Positions 37,864-49,042 of a stretch of 64,000 nt of DNA are shown in pieces; within the stretch, counting starts at the first letter, position 1, and each line of letters begins with the position of its first letter. The notes below the pieces were generated by a model. That model made no database searches. It was given only the letters and a program-made list of their open reading frames with translations, and was not told the origin of the DNA. The position numbers and the translations under genes are program-made. The stretch is from a virus (Duplodnaviria > Caudoviricetes): positions 32,001 to 96,000 of IMG/VR virus record IMGVR_UViG_2608642293_000001. One strand, written 5' to 3'.

Positions 37864-40290
37864 TTGGAGTCTATATTGAATGATAATCCAATAGTAAAAA
37901 TAAAATATGATGGCCAAATAACATTAGCTACTGGAAGAAATAAAACATCAAAGCAATGGAAAAATAAAAATATGCTTTACTCAGTCTTAGTTGATAAATT
38001 AAGCCATACAACAAGAACACCAGAAACTTATGCAGAGTATAAGAAGATGCCAAAGACTGATAGAGACAGAATTAAAGATGTAGGAGGTTTTGTTGGAGGA
38101 TCATTAAAAAATGGTCGTAGAAAAGCTGAGAACGTTGCTAATAGAACTTTATTAACACTTGACTTAGATTATGTTAATGGTGATGTATGGTCAAGCATAG
38201 AGCTACTATGGGATTTTTCAGCGGTCATGTATTCAACTCATACTCATGCATCTGATAACCAAAGATTAAGACTTGTGATTCCTTTAAGTAGGCCAGTTCT
38301 ACCGGATGAATATCAAGCTATAGCTAGAATGATAGCTGATGATTTAGGAATAGATCAGTTTGATGATACAACATATGAACCATGTAGATTAATGTATTGG
38401 CCATCAACTTCAAGTGATGGTGAATATGTATTTAAGGTTCAAGATTTTCCTTGGCTTAATCCAGATGATGTATTAGAAAGATATACATTTGGTTGGCAAG
38501 ATGTAAGTTATTGGCCAGAGAGTTCAAGATCTAGAGCAAAATTAAATTCAGCTATTAAGAAACAAGAGGATCCATTAGAAAAGAAAGGTGTTATAGGTGC
38601 GTTTTGTAGGACCTATAGTATTAGTGAGGTAATAGAAGAATTTTTAAGTGATGTTTATGCTGCAGGTGCAGATGATACAAGGTACACATATTTAGATGGT
38701 TCAACAACTGGTGGAGTTGTAGTTTATGATGATAAATTTAGCTTTTCACATCATGGAACGGATCCAACCTCAGGTATCTTGTGTAATGCATTTGATCTAA
38801 TAAGGATTCATAAATTTGGTGAATTAGATGATAACGCAAAAGAAGATACACCAGCAAATAGATTACCTTCATTTACTAAAATGACAGAGTTTGCTGCTAA
38901 TGATAAAAAGGTTAAGGAAACCATAGGCAGAGAGCGTATGGAAAAGGCACAAGAGGATTTTGACGTTATTGTGTCTGATGAAGATATGAGTACAGAATGG
39001 CTTGATAATCTTACTTATACTTTAAATGGTAAACTTGCAAGCACAATAAGTAATTTCTCTTTAATAATTGAGAATGAACCGTTACTTAAAGGAAAGATTG
39101 CTTACAATGAATTTTCAAATAGAGCTGTAGTTGTAGGTAAACTCCCATGGAGAAATAAAAATAATAATGAAGATTGGAATGACACAGATGATTCTGGACT
39201 TAGGGAGTTTGTAGAAAAATATTATCATATTTCAAGTACTGCAAAATGTGCTGATGCATTAGCTTTAAGTTTTGAGAAACATTCATTCCATCCTATCAAA
39301 GATTATTTAAATGGTCTTATATGGGATGGTGAAAAGAGAGTTGATACATTATTTATAGATTATTTAGGTGCTGAAGATAACAATTATGTAAGGATAGTAA
39401 CGAGAAAGGTATTAACAGCAGCAGTTGCAAGAGTATTTAAACCAGGTATTAAGTTTGATAATATGCTTATTTTAAGTGGTAAACAGGGAGTAGGTAAAAG
39501 TACTATTATTAAAAAGTTAGGTCAAGATTGGTATAGTGATAGTTTAACAACTGTAAATGGTAAAGAAGCTTATGAACAATTACAAGGTGTATGGATTCTA
39601 GAAATGGCTGAAATGATGGCCACTAAAAAGGCTGATATTGAAGCGACAAAGCATTTCTTAAGTAAGACTGAGGATATATACAGAGTTGCTTATGGAAGAC
39701 GTACAAGCAGATTTCCAAGACAATGCATTTTTATTGGGACAAGTAATGAGCGTGAGTTTTTAAGGGATAAAACAGGTAATAGAAGATTTTGGCCAGTTGA
39801 TATAGCAATAAATAAACCTAATAAAAATGTATTTGAAGATTTAACAGAGTATGAGATTGGTCAGATATGGGCTGAAGCCTTAGAGCTATTTAATAATGGG
39901 GAAACTTTGTACCTTAATTATGAAGAAGAAAAAGAAGCTAAAAAGCAACAGGAAGCTCATTCAGAAGAAAGTGCAAAAGCAGGTCTTGTTGAAGAATATT
40001 TAAATAAGCCTATTACAGATAACTGGTACAACTTAGGTATAGCAGAGAAAAGAAATTATATACATGGTGGAGACTTTGGAGAAAGCCAAGAAGGTACAAT
40101 TACAAGATCTAAAACTTGTGTAATGGAAATATGGTGCGAATTATTCAATGGGGATCCTAAGATGCTCACACCAATCACATCAAGAGAAATAAATGATATA
40201 TTAAAAGGCATTGATGGGTGGAAAAGTTATGATGGTAGATTAAGATTTGGAAAGACCTATGGAACTCAAAGAGCCTTTGTGAGGGAATAA
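37864..40290 (+). CDS. Primase-helicase, virulence-associated protein E (VapE) family
   Basis: LTLDLD and YSTHTH primase-like motifs; Walker A GKQGVGKST; RDKTGNRRFWPV. Confidence 0.9.
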   Translation: MESILNDNPIVKIKYDGQITLATGRNKTSKQWKNKNMLYSVLVDKLSHTTRTPETYAEYKKMPKTDRDRIKDVGGFVGGSLKNGRRKAENVANRTLLTLDLDYVNGDVWSSIELLWDFSAVMYSTHTHASDNQRLRLVIPLSRPVLPDEYQAIARMIADDLGIDQFDDTTYEPCRLMYWPSTSSDGEYVFKVQDFPWLNPDDVLERYTFGWQDVSYWPESSRSRAKLNSAIKKQEDPLEKKGVIGAFCRTYSISEVIEEFLSDVYAAGADDTRYTYLDGSTTGGVVVYDDKFSFSHHGTDPTSGILCNAFDLIRIHKFGELDDNAKEDTPANRLPSFTKMTEFAANDKKVKETIGRERMEKAQEDFDVIVSDEDMSTEWLDNLTYTLNGKLASTISNFSLIIENEPLLKGKIAYNEFSNRAVVVGKLPWRNKNNNEDWNDTDDSGLREFVEKYYHISSTAKCADALALSFEKHSFHPIKDYLNGLIWDGEKRVDTLFIDYLGAEDNNYVRIVTRKVLTAAVARVFKPGIKFDNMLILSGKQGVGKSTIIKKLGQDWYSDSLTTVNGKEAYEQLQGVWILEMAEMMATKKADIEATKHFLSKTEDIYRVAYGRRTSRFPRQCIFIGTSNEREFLRDKTGNRRFWPVDIAINKPNKNVFEDLTEYEIGQIWAEALELFNNGETLYLNYEEEKEAKKQQEAHSEESAKAGLVEEYLNKPITDNWYNLGIAEKRNYIHGGDFGESQEGTITRSKTCVMEIWCELFNGDPKMLTPITSREINDILKGIDGWKSYDGRLRFGKTYGTQRAFVRE

Positions 40291-40292
40291 AG

Positions 40293-40577
40293 ATGGAAGA
40301 AAGTAGAATTGAAAAATACTTAAAAAAGCAAGTAGAGAAAATAGGTGGTAAAGCTTATAAGTGGAATCCAACTGGAGTAATAGGAGTACCAGATAGAATG
40401 GTGCTCTTACCTGGTGGTAAAGTAATATTTATAGAACTTAAGGCGCCTGGTGAAAAAACTAGAAAAATTCAAGAATATAGGGCTAGAGAACTTAGAAAAC
40501 TTGGATTTCAAGTTGAATGTATAGATACAGTTGAAAAAGTAGAGTTGTTTATTAAGGAAGTAATGCTGAATATGTAA
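40293..40577 (+). CDS. VRR-NUC domain nuclease
   Basis: GVPDR...FIELKAPG. Confidence 0.9.
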   Translation: MEESRIEKYLKKQVEKIGGKAYKWNPTGVIGVPDRMVLLPGGKVIFIELKAPGEKTRKIQEYRARELRKLGFQVECIDTVEKVELFIKEVMLNM

Positions 40578-40640
40578 ATAGAAAGAAAAGGCAAAGTGAT
40601 TTTAAGCTTATGTTATACAAAATCACCTTATTATAATTAA

Positions 40641-41132
40641 TTAATATTTTATTGCATTATTTAATAAATTAGTTGAATCTTCTATTGATAATTCTTTTGC
40701 ATAAGAAATTTCTTTGATTACAGAATCTTTCGCATTTTTTAAAACCTGCTTTTCTGTTGCATTTAATTTACTATTTATTTTAACTTGAGTTAGATCATAT
40801 ATAACCTCTAGAGTACTTCTGAGTGATCCCGATTTTATCCTTTTTGAATTGGCAGCCATTCGCTCTTTCCATGTACATTCCTTATATTCGTTCGCCTCTG
40901 ACATAGCATTATTAATACTTTCTAATCCTATATCTATAGCCTCTGAATCACTTATTAATCTGAGGTTTGATACACCAGCGCTACTAACTGGTAAACTTAA
41001 TGTCATAGTATTATTAAAAATTTTTATCTTATAATAATCTTGCGTTTCACCTTTAAATTCTCTTTTTTCAATGTTACTTACTATTCCTATTCCTTGGGTT
41101 GGATAAACCACTTTATTTCCAATATCAAACAA
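40641..41132 (-). CDS. carD: CarD/CdnL-family RNA polymerase-binding regulator (moron)
   Basis: MFDIGNKVVYPTQGIGIV N-terminus and WKERM motif. Confidence 0.85.
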   Translation of the reverse strand: MFDIGNKVVYPTQGIGIVSNIEKREFKGETQDYYKIKIFNNTMTLSLPVSSAGVSNLRLISDSEAIDIGLESINNAMSEANEYKECTWKERMAANSKRIKSGSLRSTLEVIYDLTQVKINSKLNATEKQVLKNAKDSVIKEISYAKELSIEDSTNLLNNAIKY

Positions 41133-41322
41133 AAAATCTCCTCCTAAATTGAATAATATATTTAGTATATCACATTTAGATTTTTTTTGCTAATTTTTAA
41201 TTTTATCACGATAATTTATCATAGTCAATATTTTTTAGAGGTATATATTTATTATTAAATTTAAAGTAAATAAATATTGTATATATTTAAACTCATGAAA
41301 TTCAAAGAAAGAAGGTGATAAT

Positions 41323-42713
41323 ATGGATTTTAAACCTTGGGATTATCAAAAATATGCAATTAATCATGTTATAGATAATAATGCTGCAGGTTTATTTCTT
41401 TGAGAGTAGACATGGGAATGGGTAAGACGGTCAGCTCATTAACTGCAATAGATAATTTATTATTCTTAGGTGATACAAGCAAGGTTCTTGTTATAGCTCC
41501 TAAAAGAGTTGCAGAAGATACCTGGTCAACTGAAGTGGAAAAGTGGGACCATCTAAAAGACTTAAGAATATCAATTGTTTTAGGAACTCCAAAGCAAAGG
41601 GATGAAGCAGTTAAAAAAGATGCGGATATTTATGTTACAAGTAGAGATAATGTAGTTTGGTTAGTTGATAATTATTTTAAAACTTGGAAGTGGGACACTT
41701 GTATAATAGATGAATTAAGTTCTTTTAAATCAAGTAAAGCCAAGAGGTTCAGAGCATTAAAGAAAGTAAGGCCATACTTTAAAAGAATCATAGGACTTAC
41801 TGGAACACCTGCACCAAATTCATTAATAGATTTATGGCCACAATTGTATTTGCTTGATGGTGGACAAAGGTTAGGTAGAACTATTACAGGCTATAGAGAG
41901 CAATACTTTGTTCCTGGTGATAGAAACCAACATATAGTTTATAACTGGAATCTTAAAGAAGGTGCAGAGGATGCAATCCATAATAAAATATCTGATATAT
42001 GCATTTCAATGATGGCTAAAGATTATTTAGATTTACCTGAAAGAATTGATAATAAGATTTATATAGATCTGCCAAAGAGTGCTAAGGATAAATATAAAGA
42101 GCTTGAAAAAGACTTAATAATTCAGCTGGATGGGGAAGATATAACAGCAACTAATGCTGCAGTATTAACAGGTAAATTACTTCAAATAGCAAATGGTGCA
42201 ATTTATTCAGAAGATCATGAAGTAGTAGAGCTTCATGGAGAAAAGCTAAATGCATTACTAGATATTATTGAAGCAGCCAATGGCAAACCAGTGCTAGTAT
42301 TCTATTCATTCAAACATGACTTATCTAGAATTATGAAAACATTGAAGGATAACAAGCTTAAAGGTCAAGTATTGGAAGGTCAAGATGATATTAAGAAATG
42401 GAACAATGAAGATATATCAATTCTTTTATTACATCCTGCTTCAGCTGGGCACGGCCTTAATCTTCAGTATGGCGGGAATATCGTTGTATGGTTTGGACTT
42501 CCTTGGAGCTTAGAGCTTTACCAACAAGCCAACGCCAGATTACACAGACAAGGGCAAAAGGAGACGGTTATTATTCATCATATTATAGCTAGAAATACGG
42601 TAGATGAAGATGTAATAAAAGCATTAAGTAGTAAAGAAATTAATCAAAATGTACTTTTAGAAGCAGTAAAAGCACGATTAAAAATAGCAAGTGTACAATG
42701 TGAACAAAAATAA
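41323..42713 (+). pseudogene. SNF2-family helicase disrupted by an apparent 8-nt insertion
   Basis: MDFKPWDYQKYAI...GLFL then TGAGAGTA then DMGMGKT; downstream DELS, LTGTP and QANARLHRQGQ motifs are intact. Confidence 0.7.
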
Positions 42714-43000
42714 TTAAACTTTTAAAATTAATACAATTAGGCTAAAAAGGTGTGTACAAGATTATTTTTTACAGTTTATACCAACGTGTACAACGTGAAC
42801 TAAATTTTTTGCTTTGTTCACATACTTTGTTCACGCAATAAATGCGATAACCATAATGGTTTGAAAGCTACTGTGTACAATGTGAACATAAATATATTAT
42901 ATATTATTATTTATATAAATAGACATATACATGTACGCGCGCGTACGCCTAATACGCGTATACGTATATATAGAGAAAATGTGTTAACATTGTACACGTC
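42690..43000. repeat. Putative phage replication origin (direct and inverted repeats)
   Basis: Repeated TGTACAA(T/C)GTGAAC / GTTCAC motifs, AT-rich tract, alternating purine-pyrimidine palindromes. Confidence 0.55.
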
Positions 43001-43060
43001 TTAAAAAGTAGATAGGCTTGTAATGAAAAAAAATAAACGTAAAGGTGGGAAAATGTAGGA

Positions 43061-43411
43061 ATGAAATTATTGATGCATGTTTTAAGGAAAAATGATAGAT
43101 TGAAAATAGATAATACAGCATTGCCACTTAATCAAATAGCAGCTAAATTGACTGAGGAGTATAGTGAGGTTATTGAAGCTCTAGAAAGATACCATATGAA
43201 TAAAACATTAGTTAACTTAAAGGAGATCATAAGAGAAACCTTTGACTTAATTCAGATGTGCATTTTGATTTTATGGCGTTGTCATAGAAAAGCTTTGGAT
43301 CTTGCTGAACCTTTATTGATTAAAGATATTAACATTGAACATAAAGACAAACTAATAAGTGAAAGACAGTGGACCATAGAAACAGGAATCGAAATTGATG
43401 TAAAGGAGTAG
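43061..43411 (+). CDS. Hypothetical protein, MazG-like fold possible
   Basis: KLTEEYSEV...ETFDLIQ pattern. Confidence 0.5.
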   Translation: MKLLMHVLRKNDRLKIDNTALPLNQIAAKLTEEYSEVIEALERYHMNKTLVNLKEIIRETFDLIQMCILILWRCHRKALDLAEPLLIKDINIEHKDKLISERQWTIETGIEIDVKE

Positions 43412-43417
43412 GAGTCA

Positions 43418-43858
43418 ATGATAGATACAGCAATAGAGGAAATTAAGCAAAGAATAGATAATAATTTAAAAGCTCTAAAGGAATTAGATGAAAAGTACCT
43501 AAAGGCATATAAACCTAAAGAGTGGTCTGAAGGATCTAGCTATAATGATTATGATTCTATCCATGGTGGTAAGAAAGAGCCAAGGATTGAAGATTATTAT
43601 AAAGAACGACAAAGGTTATTAGCCCTAATAGAGTTAGATGAGCAGTTAATAACATCTTTGGGATTACAGGTTAATGATGATGAATATTTAAATCTTTTAA
43701 AGAATAATAGTCAACGGATTCAGTATTACAGATTTGTTAAAGGTTATACGCAATCTAAGACTGCAGATATTTTAGGTATTACAGAGAGGCAGGTTAGAAG
43801 AATTGAAAAAGAAATAAAAATGTCCGGTTTAATGTCCTGTTCACTTGATTTTCAATAG
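43418..43858 (+). CDS. Late transcription regulator with a sigma70 region-4-like HTH
   Basis: GYTQSKTADILGITERQVRRIE; last gene before terS. Confidence 0.7.
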   Translation: MIDTAIEEIKQRIDNNLKALKELDEKYLKAYKPKEWSEGSSYNDYDSIHGGKKEPRIEDYYKERQRLLALIELDEQLITSLGLQVNDDEYLNLLKNNSQRIQYYRFVKGYTQSKTADILGITERQVRRIEKEIKMSGLMSCSLDFQ

Positions 43859-44041
43859 TGTATAATAGTATTAAGGAAATTTAGGTTTGAGCAAAAGATG
43901 AATTTAAGCCCTCCTAATTACATGATAATAAACCAGTAGAAACAAAAATATATTTTGAAAGGAAGTGGAATCCCTCCATGTCTTGAGAATATATAGTATC
44001 TACTGGTTTATTTATATTACAAAGAAGGTGAGGTGGCATTA

Positions 44042-44590
44042 ATGGCCAAGTTAACAGAAAAGCAAAAACTGTTTTGTGATGAGTATCTAATTGATCTTAA
44101 TGTCACACAAGCAGCTATAAGGTCAGGATACAGTAATTCATATGCAAATAAAAAAGCTTTTTTATTGCTGGAAAAATCTGAAATAAGAGAGTATATAGAT
44201 AAACGAATGAAAGACAGAGAGAAACGTACTGAGATAACTCAGGATGTGGTATTAGAGGAACTAAGAAAGATAGCACTTGCAAAGCCAACGGATTTTTTTG
44301 AAGTTGAAGATATGGGCCAATATAAGAAGGTTAATATCGTGCCAACCAAGGATATTCCAGAAGATAAGATTGGAGCTATAGCAAGTATAAAGCAAGGAGC
44401 TAATGGAATAGAAGTTAAGCTTCATGATAGATTAAAAGCTTTAGAACTTATTGGAAGACATCTAGGAATGTTCAAAGATAAAATTGAAATTAGCAAAGAT
44501 AATACTAAGGTTGACGTTAACATAGATGATATGCTTAATGAAATAAAAGAGGATAATGATATAGAAGATATTTCCCAAATTAAAAAATAA
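44042..44590 (+). CDS. terS: Terminase small subunit
   Basis: LTEKQKLFCDEYLIDLNVTQAAIRSGYS and KALELIGRHLGMF. Confidence 0.92.
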   Translation: MAKLTEKQKLFCDEYLIDLNVTQAAIRSGYSNSYANKKAFLLLEKSEIREYIDKRMKDREKRTEITQDVVLEELRKIALAKPTDFFEVEDMGQYKKVNIVPTKDIPEDKIGAIASIKQGANGIEVKLHDRLKALELIGRHLGMFKDKIEISKDNTKVDVNIDDMLNEIKEDNDIEDISQIKK

Positions 44591-45072
44591 GAAAATATAT
44601 AAATACTTGAAATTATTTCGCAAAGTTGCAGTTTAGCGAAATAATTAAAGAAAGTGAAATATTAAGGAATGGCTTAAATACTTGTTTTAGATAGGGTGCA
44701 GTAATTATGTATAAAGAAATGCATAAAACAAGTGAATAATAAGTGTATAAACTATTAAATATGCATTTATTATCGAATAAATATTAATGATTATTTCCCG
44801 ATATTTATAGCGTGATTATATTGATATTATAGCATAAATCTATGGATGGGGGGTGCCTTCTAAAATGAAAAATCAAAAAATATGGTCGACAAGCTCCATA
44901 AAATTTTTCTATAATTTTTAAACTCGAAAGAAATAATGACAAAATGGAAGCTCTATTAAAAGAAATTAAAGAAACTAAGGCTGAATTAAAAGAAAAATAT
45001 GGTTGTGAATTGTAATTTCTAAAAGGATTTTATCTCTTTTTGTATAATGGTTTATTTTATGGAGGGGATAAA

Positions 45073-45849
45073 ATGAAAATAAACAAAACAAGTTGTAAAT
45101 TTGCGGTGTTGATTATTTTTTCTATTATTATTTTAATAATACCAATTTTATCTATTAATACATTTTTCTTTAGAAATCAAGTATTATGGTATTTTAAAGA
45201 AAAAGAAAATGCATATCAATATTTACAATTTATCGGGACTTTTTTAGGAGTAATAGTAAGTGTTTTAGGCGCATTTATAGCAATAGAACATCAAATCGAA
45301 AAGGAAAAAGAACTTCAAGAAAAAAATATTAAACAACAAAAAGAAATCGACATTCAAATCAAATTAAGAGAGGATTTTATACAGCGAATTCTGGAAACAA
45401 GAAAAAGCATTTATAATCTAAGTTGTTATAATCTCTCTATTGGTATGGTATCTGAAAAGGTTGTTGAATCTGAAAAAACTGGAGATACGAATTTGTTGTT
45501 TGGTATTGAAGAACTAAATACAGATGCAAGGGACTACTTTCATAATGCTTATAATAAATACAATGAAAATATGTCAAATCTAATAACACAATTGGATAAT
45601 TATAAAAACAAGTTAAGACATATGGATTATGATTATTATAATATATTAAAAGAAGAATATGGAACTATACTTAACATGTATTCTGATATTAATATGCGTA
45701 TAAGTTCTTTTCCTAATTATACTGTACAAATGATGGAATATGTAAATTTAAAAATTAAGGTATTTGATTCAGAAATAATGGACTTAGCTGAAAAATTAAA
45801 AACAATAATCGAAGAATTAGATAAATATTATATAACAATTGATGTATAA
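45073..45849 (+). CDS. Membrane-anchored hypothetical protein (moron)
   Basis: Own TATAAT/RBS and terminator, two N-terminal TM helices, AT-rich. Confidence 0.65.
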   Translation: MKINKTSCKFAVLIIFSIIILIIPILSINTFFFRNQVLWYFKEKENAYQYLQFIGTFLGVIVSVLGAFIAIEHQIEKEKELQEKNIKQQKEIDIQIKLREDFIQRILETRKSIYNLSCYNLSIGMVSEKVVESEKTGDTNLLFGIEELNTDARDYFHNAYNKYNENMSNLITQLDNYKNKLRHMDYDYYNILKEEYGTILNMYSDINMRISSFPNYTVQMMEYVNLKIKVFDSEIMDLAEKLKTIIEELDKYYITIDV

Positions 45850-45908
45850 AAATAATTTAGAGCTCTCACAATGAGGGTTCTTTTATTATGCCTAAAAGGA
45901 GGAATAGC

Positions 45909-47702
45909 ATGATATACTTTGACAACTTAAAATTTCATACAGAGCTCAAATATGAGGTATATCTGTTAAATAAATACCTCACTAAATATTATGATTCAGG
46001 TACGGCAGATAAGCTTTTAAAGGCTAATAGCAGGGATTTAGATAGACTTGCAAAGGCACTAAGTGACAAAGACATTGAATTTTTCTGTTTGTATTTCATG
46101 AGTGATACTTTTGTTCCTAAAGGAATGAATGATGATGGAAGTTATCCAGTGGATCATATACCAAATGTAGCTAGACAACTTTCTAAAGGTCATTATGAGT
46201 TGTGGGATATTGCAAATGAAATATTTGTAGAAGATAAAAGAGATAAAGCAGCAATTATAGAACCAAGAGGATACGCAAAAACTACCATTTTTGATATGGC
46301 TGTCAGTGTATATTTACATTGCTACAAAAAATCTCTCTTTACTCTACTTGGAGCTAAAACCGATACAGATGCAACTCAATTCTTGGATTCTATTAAGAAA
46401 GTATTTAATGAGAACCAGAAGATTATTAAAACTTTTGGTAAATTGATTGACATTAAGGCTGTAAAAGTAAATGGAGAAAGATATACAGTTAATGCCAATG
46501 AAGTTGAGTTTACTAATGGAACTTATATTAGGACCGTTGGTTCTGGAACATCTGTTAGAGGTTCGAACTGGGGAGGAATTAGACCAACTGTATTTATAGG
46601 CGATGATTTTCAGGACGAGAAGAATATCCTAACTGATGCAGCTAGGGAGAAACAATACAGTAAATGGACAAAAGAAGTTGAAGAGGTTGGAGATAAAGCA
46701 GTTTATAGGAATGGTAAAAAAATAAAAGCTGCAACTAAAATCATTGCTATTGGAACAGTATTACATATTGATTGCTTAATGTCTAAGCTAAGCAGAAATG
46801 GTGATTATTATACTATTTTAAGACGCGCGATAATTCTCGAAACTGACCAGACTGTTGAAGATATCTTCGAAAATGATTTGTGGTTACAATGTCATGATAT
46901 ATACTTCGATGAAAAACTAAATAAAGAAGAAAGAAAAGAAAAAGCTAAGCAATTCTATGAGGATCACAAGGAAGAGATGCAATTTGAAACCTGGTGGCCC
47001 GAAAAATGGGATTGCTTTAATGATTTAGCTATTAAATACTGGGAAGATAGAGCCGCATTTATGTCTGAGCTTATGAACGATGCTACAGCTATAGGCGAAA
47101 AGTGGTTTAAATCTGTTGCTACTAGGACTAGTGAGGAGATAGAAAACCACAAATTTATCAAGACAGCTTTAGTTATAGATCCAGCAGCAAGCACAAGTAA
47201 GAAAAATGACTATACTGCTATGGGCGTAATGAGTAAAGCTACAAATGACTTTACTTATGTTCGGGATTTGCTAATGAAAAGACTTGGATATAATGACTAT
47301 TGCGAAAAGGCTGTTGATTTTATTAGAAGTCATGAAGATATTACGCATATTGTTATTGAGAAAAATACATTCATGGGTGCTGATGTTCTTAAAATGCAAG
47401 AATTAATTGATAAAGAACCTAAATTAAAGAGTAGGCGCCTTGAATTTATTAATAAAATGCAGAAAACAAACAAGGATGAAAAAATAAGTACTGTTATGGA
47501 TCCAGTAAATAATGGACAGATAGTTATAAATTCTGATTGTGAGGATAGTTCAGCAGCAGTCAAACAAGTATTAGAGTTCCAAGGTCAAAAATATACTCCT
47601 CATGATGATTTTATAGATATGATTTCAGAGGGTGAAAATGCTTTAAAAGAAATAAAAGTAGTTAGTAAAGTTGAAATATTCGATAGAAATTCATTATTTT
47701 AG
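45909..47702 (+). CDS. terL: Terminase large subunit
   Basis: Walker A PRGYAKTT, Walker B IGDD, VIDPA and HDDFID nuclease motifs. Confidence 0.88.
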   Translation: MIYFDNLKFHTELKYEVYLLNKYLTKYYDSGTADKLLKANSRDLDRLAKALSDKDIEFFCLYFMSDTFVPKGMNDDGSYPVDHIPNVARQLSKGHYELWDIANEIFVEDKRDKAAIIEPRGYAKTTIFDMAVSVYLHCYKKSLFTLLGAKTDTDATQFLDSIKKVFNENQKIIKTFGKLIDIKAVKVNGERYTVNANEVEFTNGTYIRTVGSGTSVRGSNWGGIRPTVFIGDDFQDEKNILTDAAREKQYSKWTKEVEEVGDKAVYRNGKKIKAATKIIAIGTVLHIDCLMSKLSRNGDYYTILRRAIILETDQTVEDIFENDLWLQCHDIYFDEKLNKEERKEKAKQFYEDHKEEMQFETWWPEKWDCFNDLAIKYWEDRAAFMSELMNDATAIGEKWFKSVATRTSEEIENHKFIKTALVIDPAASTSKKNDYTAMGVMSKATNDFTYVRDLLMKRLGYNDYCEKAVDFIRSHEDITHIVIEKNTFMGADVLKMQELIDKEPKLKSRRLEFINKMQKTNKDEKISTVMDPVNNGQIVINSDCEDSSAAVKQVLEFQGQKYTPHDDFIDMISEGENALKEIKVVSKVEIFDRNSLF

Positions 47703-47716
47703 GAGGAGGTGCTAAT

Positions 47717-49042
47717 GTGGGATATATACAGGACAACTCAGAATTATTAAGTCATGTCCTGAGTGATTTTCGAAGTAGAAAAATACTATACGATAAGATG
47801 TATGATTATTGCATAGTGGGAGAAACAGATGCATATAAAAAGTATAAGCGAAATCCAAAAAGAAGTAATTTAAAAATTAAAGTTAACTTCATCAAAAAGT
47901 TTATTATGGAAGAAGTCGCTTATTTAGTTAGTAACAAAATCACTTATGGTAGCAAAAGTGATAATAAAGATATAATTGATTATATTGAACATAAGACGGC
48001 TCATTGGGATGAGAATCATGAAGAGAACGTTCTTAGGGATATGTTATCATTTGGCAGTGTCTACGAATTATATTATACAACTGAAAAAAATAATGAACTC
48101 TTTTTCAATGCAAAAGTAATAAGTCCTCGTGATGGCTATATTCTTGAAGATGATTTCGGAAATATATCAATGTTCTTAAGATTTTATAAAAAGAAATTTG
48201 ATACAAAGCAATATATAGATATTTACACACCAGATTATATTTATCATGTTGATGAAAGTTTTAATAAGATTGATGAACCTACTCCTAATAGATTTGGAGA
48301 GGTTCCTGTAAGAGTTGGTGTAGTGAGTAAATATAAAGAGCAGGATACTTTATTTAATGAATTAAAGGATTTACAGGATGCTTTTTGTACGAATTTAAGT
48401 GATATTGTAAATGAAATATCTGACTATAGGTTAGCTTATTTGCTCTTTTCTGGTTGCCAAATAGATGTGAAAAATAAAGACGAAGATGGAAAAACACAAC
48501 TTGATTATCTAAAAGAAAAAGGGGCCATTTCGGTTGATGCAGCTGGAAAAGTATCATTTGTAACTAAAGAAATTAATGATACAGCTGTTCAAAATACTCT
48601 TAATACATTGAAGAAAACAATGTATGAATTGTCTAATCATATTGATACAAATGAAAAAATGCAATCAAATCTCAGTGGTTCTGCTCTTAGAAATAGACTT
48701 ATAGGACTTGAACAAAGAATAAAGAACTCTGAAGGATCAATGAAGAATATAATTAAAGGCAGACTATATTTTATGTTTAAATTGTTTAATAAACTTGAAA
48801 ATTTAAATTATGATTATAGAGATATAGAAACCAAATTTACATTAAATATTCCTCAGGATGATTTAACAATAGCTCAAATTATATCTCAAATTCCAGATGG
48901 TGTTTTATCAAAAGCTACAATGAGAACATTGTTTAGTTTTATATTCAATTCTGAAAGAGAGCAAAAGCTTATTGATGCAGAAAAGCAAAAGGAACTGAAT
49001 CATGAAGTAGATTTGGATAAGGTAATTAACAATAATGGATAA
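47717..49042 (+). CDS. Portal protein (SPP1-like)
   Basis: Follows terL; FGEVPV and SNLSGSAL motifs. Confidence 0.88.
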   Translation: MGYIQDNSELLSHVLSDFRSRKILYDKMYDYCIVGETDAYKKYKRNPKRSNLKIKVNFIKKFIMEEVAYLVSNKITYGSKSDNKDIIDYIEHKTAHWDENHEENVLRDMLSFGSVYELYYTTEKNNELFFNAKVISPRDGYILEDDFGNISMFLRFYKKKFDTKQYIDIYTPDYIYHVDESFNKIDEPTPNRFGEVPVRVGVVSKYKEQDTLFNELKDLQDAFCTNLSDIVNEISDYRLAYLLFSGCQIDVKNKDEDGKTQLDYLKEKGAISVDAAGKVSFVTKEINDTAVQNTLNTLKKTMYELSNHIDTNEKMQSNLSGSALRNRLIGLEQRIKNSEGSMKNIIKGRLYFMFKLFNKLENLNYDYRDIETKFTLNIPQDDLTIAQIISQIPDGVLSKATMRTLFSFIFNSEREQKLIDAEKQKELNHEVDLDKVINNNG

